Of a stretch of DNA of 64,000 bases, positions 63,214-64,000 are shown in pieces. Numbering within the stretch: the stretch's first letter is position 1; every line of letters starts with the position of its first letter. The stretch covers positions 1 through 64,000 of the forward strand of contig JAUCBJ010007794.1 in the NCBI GenBank assembly GCA_032718475.1, given 5' to 3'. The stretch comes from Nemertoderma westbladi. Taxonomy: Eukaryota; Animalia; Xenacoelomorpha. A program made the translations under genes and the position numbers. Below the pieces are notes generated by a model, which ran no database searches, was not told the DNA's origin, and saw only the letters and a list, made by a program, of their open reading frames with translations.

Positions 63214-64000
63214 ATGTCTGATACTAAGCAGAACCTGTCAGACAGTTTATTAGATGTAACTATCTGCGACTCAGATAGAGACGTACAACCGTCTGGTCGT
63301 AAATCCAGTTCACCTCCCACTGTGAGGAAGGTCATCCCTCCAGTAGTAATAACAGAACCTAGGCTGGTCCAACATCGTAGGTCTATCATAGGCACTCGAG
63401 CTCAGGTCAAGCGGGACCAAAAGGCAGCGGAACAGCAACAACCCGCTAGTCAAGAACTTATTCCTCAGCGGCCCAGCAGCTCCAGTAGTGAGGATACTGT
63501 AGAGCTGACACCCGAGAGCGGAGCAGAGATGACGGATGCGGTTTATACGGATCCCCTTCTCATCCTTCCTGCAGCCGTGCTCGCTGGGTTATTGATCGCG
63601 GTGGAAGAACACCAGATCGATTGGGCGAGAAGTCAACGGTCAACTAGAGATAGTTACGCGGGATATACTAGTGAAGAACTGAAGTCTATTGTCGAGTCGC
63701 AATGGAACTTCCCCGGACCCGGACTCCCGTTTGATTTATCAGAAGCTGCCTGGGAAGACATACACCGGATGGGAGTAGCCAAGGAAACCATCGATCCAGC
63801 TGTGTGGAAGAGGTCCGCAGCCGGATACGCACAGGGATTCTTCAGCTCTATGGAGCGAATAGAAAAGCAACTTTTTCAACAACCTCAAGGACCTCAAGAG
63901 CAGGGATCGCTGCTTTATCAAGTTAGAGAAAGAGTTCTGCGGATTAGGCTAATCTTATCCGCCTTTGAGGAGGCTTCTAAAAGAAAACAAGACACGTCGT
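63214..64000 (+). CDS. Element C gag N-terminus (open to the window edge; absent from the ORF track)
   Basis: MSDTKQNLSDSLLDVTICDSDRDVQ...EMTDAVYTDPLLILPAAVL...SQWNFPGPGLP...; no stop in my manual translation; homologous to B's 47238-46500. Confidence 0.88.
   Translation, partial: MSDTKQNLSDSLLDVTICDSDRDVQPSGRKSSSPPTVRKVIPPVVITEPRLVQHRRSIIGTRAQVKRDQKAAEQQQPASQELIPQRPSSSSSEDTVELTPESGAEMTDAVYTDPLLILPAAVLAGLLIAVEEHQIDWARSQRSTRDSYAGYTSEELKSIVESQWNFPGPGLPFDLSEAAWEDIHRMGVAKETIDPAVWKRSAAGYAQGFFSSMERIEKQLFQQPQGPQEQGSLLYQVRERVLRIRLILSAFEEASKRKQDTS

Larger units (their letters stand above)
59743..64000 (+). mobile_element. BEL/Pao element C (sister subfamily of B), 5' part, runs off the window
   Basis: Begins TGTAAAAGC like B's LTR; ~60.6-64.0 kb is a diverged inverted homologue of B's LTR end, leader and gag start. 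Confidence 0.92.

Overview
Eukaryotic (metazoan-type) repeat-rich window with no complete host gene. Positions 1-~18,965 are a G-rich 67-bp tandem satellite; its giant ORFs are artefacts. Positions ~19-26.4 kb are AT-rich DNA holding a TA-flanked TIR element, an L2/CR1-type LINE 3' remnant, minisatellites and a possible signal-peptide first exon. Positions 26,468-64,000 are a three-level nest of large BEL/Pao LTR retrotransposons. Element A (minus strand, 558-bp LTR) is split in its integrase by the complete 18.5-kb element B (minus strand, 1,244-bp LTRs, CTGTT target-site duplication). A sister of B, element C (plus strand), is inserted into A's 5' LTR. Main findings: (1) None of the three has a tRNA primer-binding site. 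Instead, the 9-11 nt abutting each 5' LTR are the reverse complement of a site inside that LTR, with four compensated substitutions between B and C, which suggests Tf1-like self-priming in a BEL/Pao lineage. (2) A carries a 3' accessory gene for a DEDDy-like 3'-5' exonuclease fused to zinc knuckles, and B carries a homologous knuckle module without the nuclease. (3) A's RT core is replaced by a strong-stop-sized LTR fragment joined to an inverted copy of the accessory gene. All alignments and counts were made by eye.
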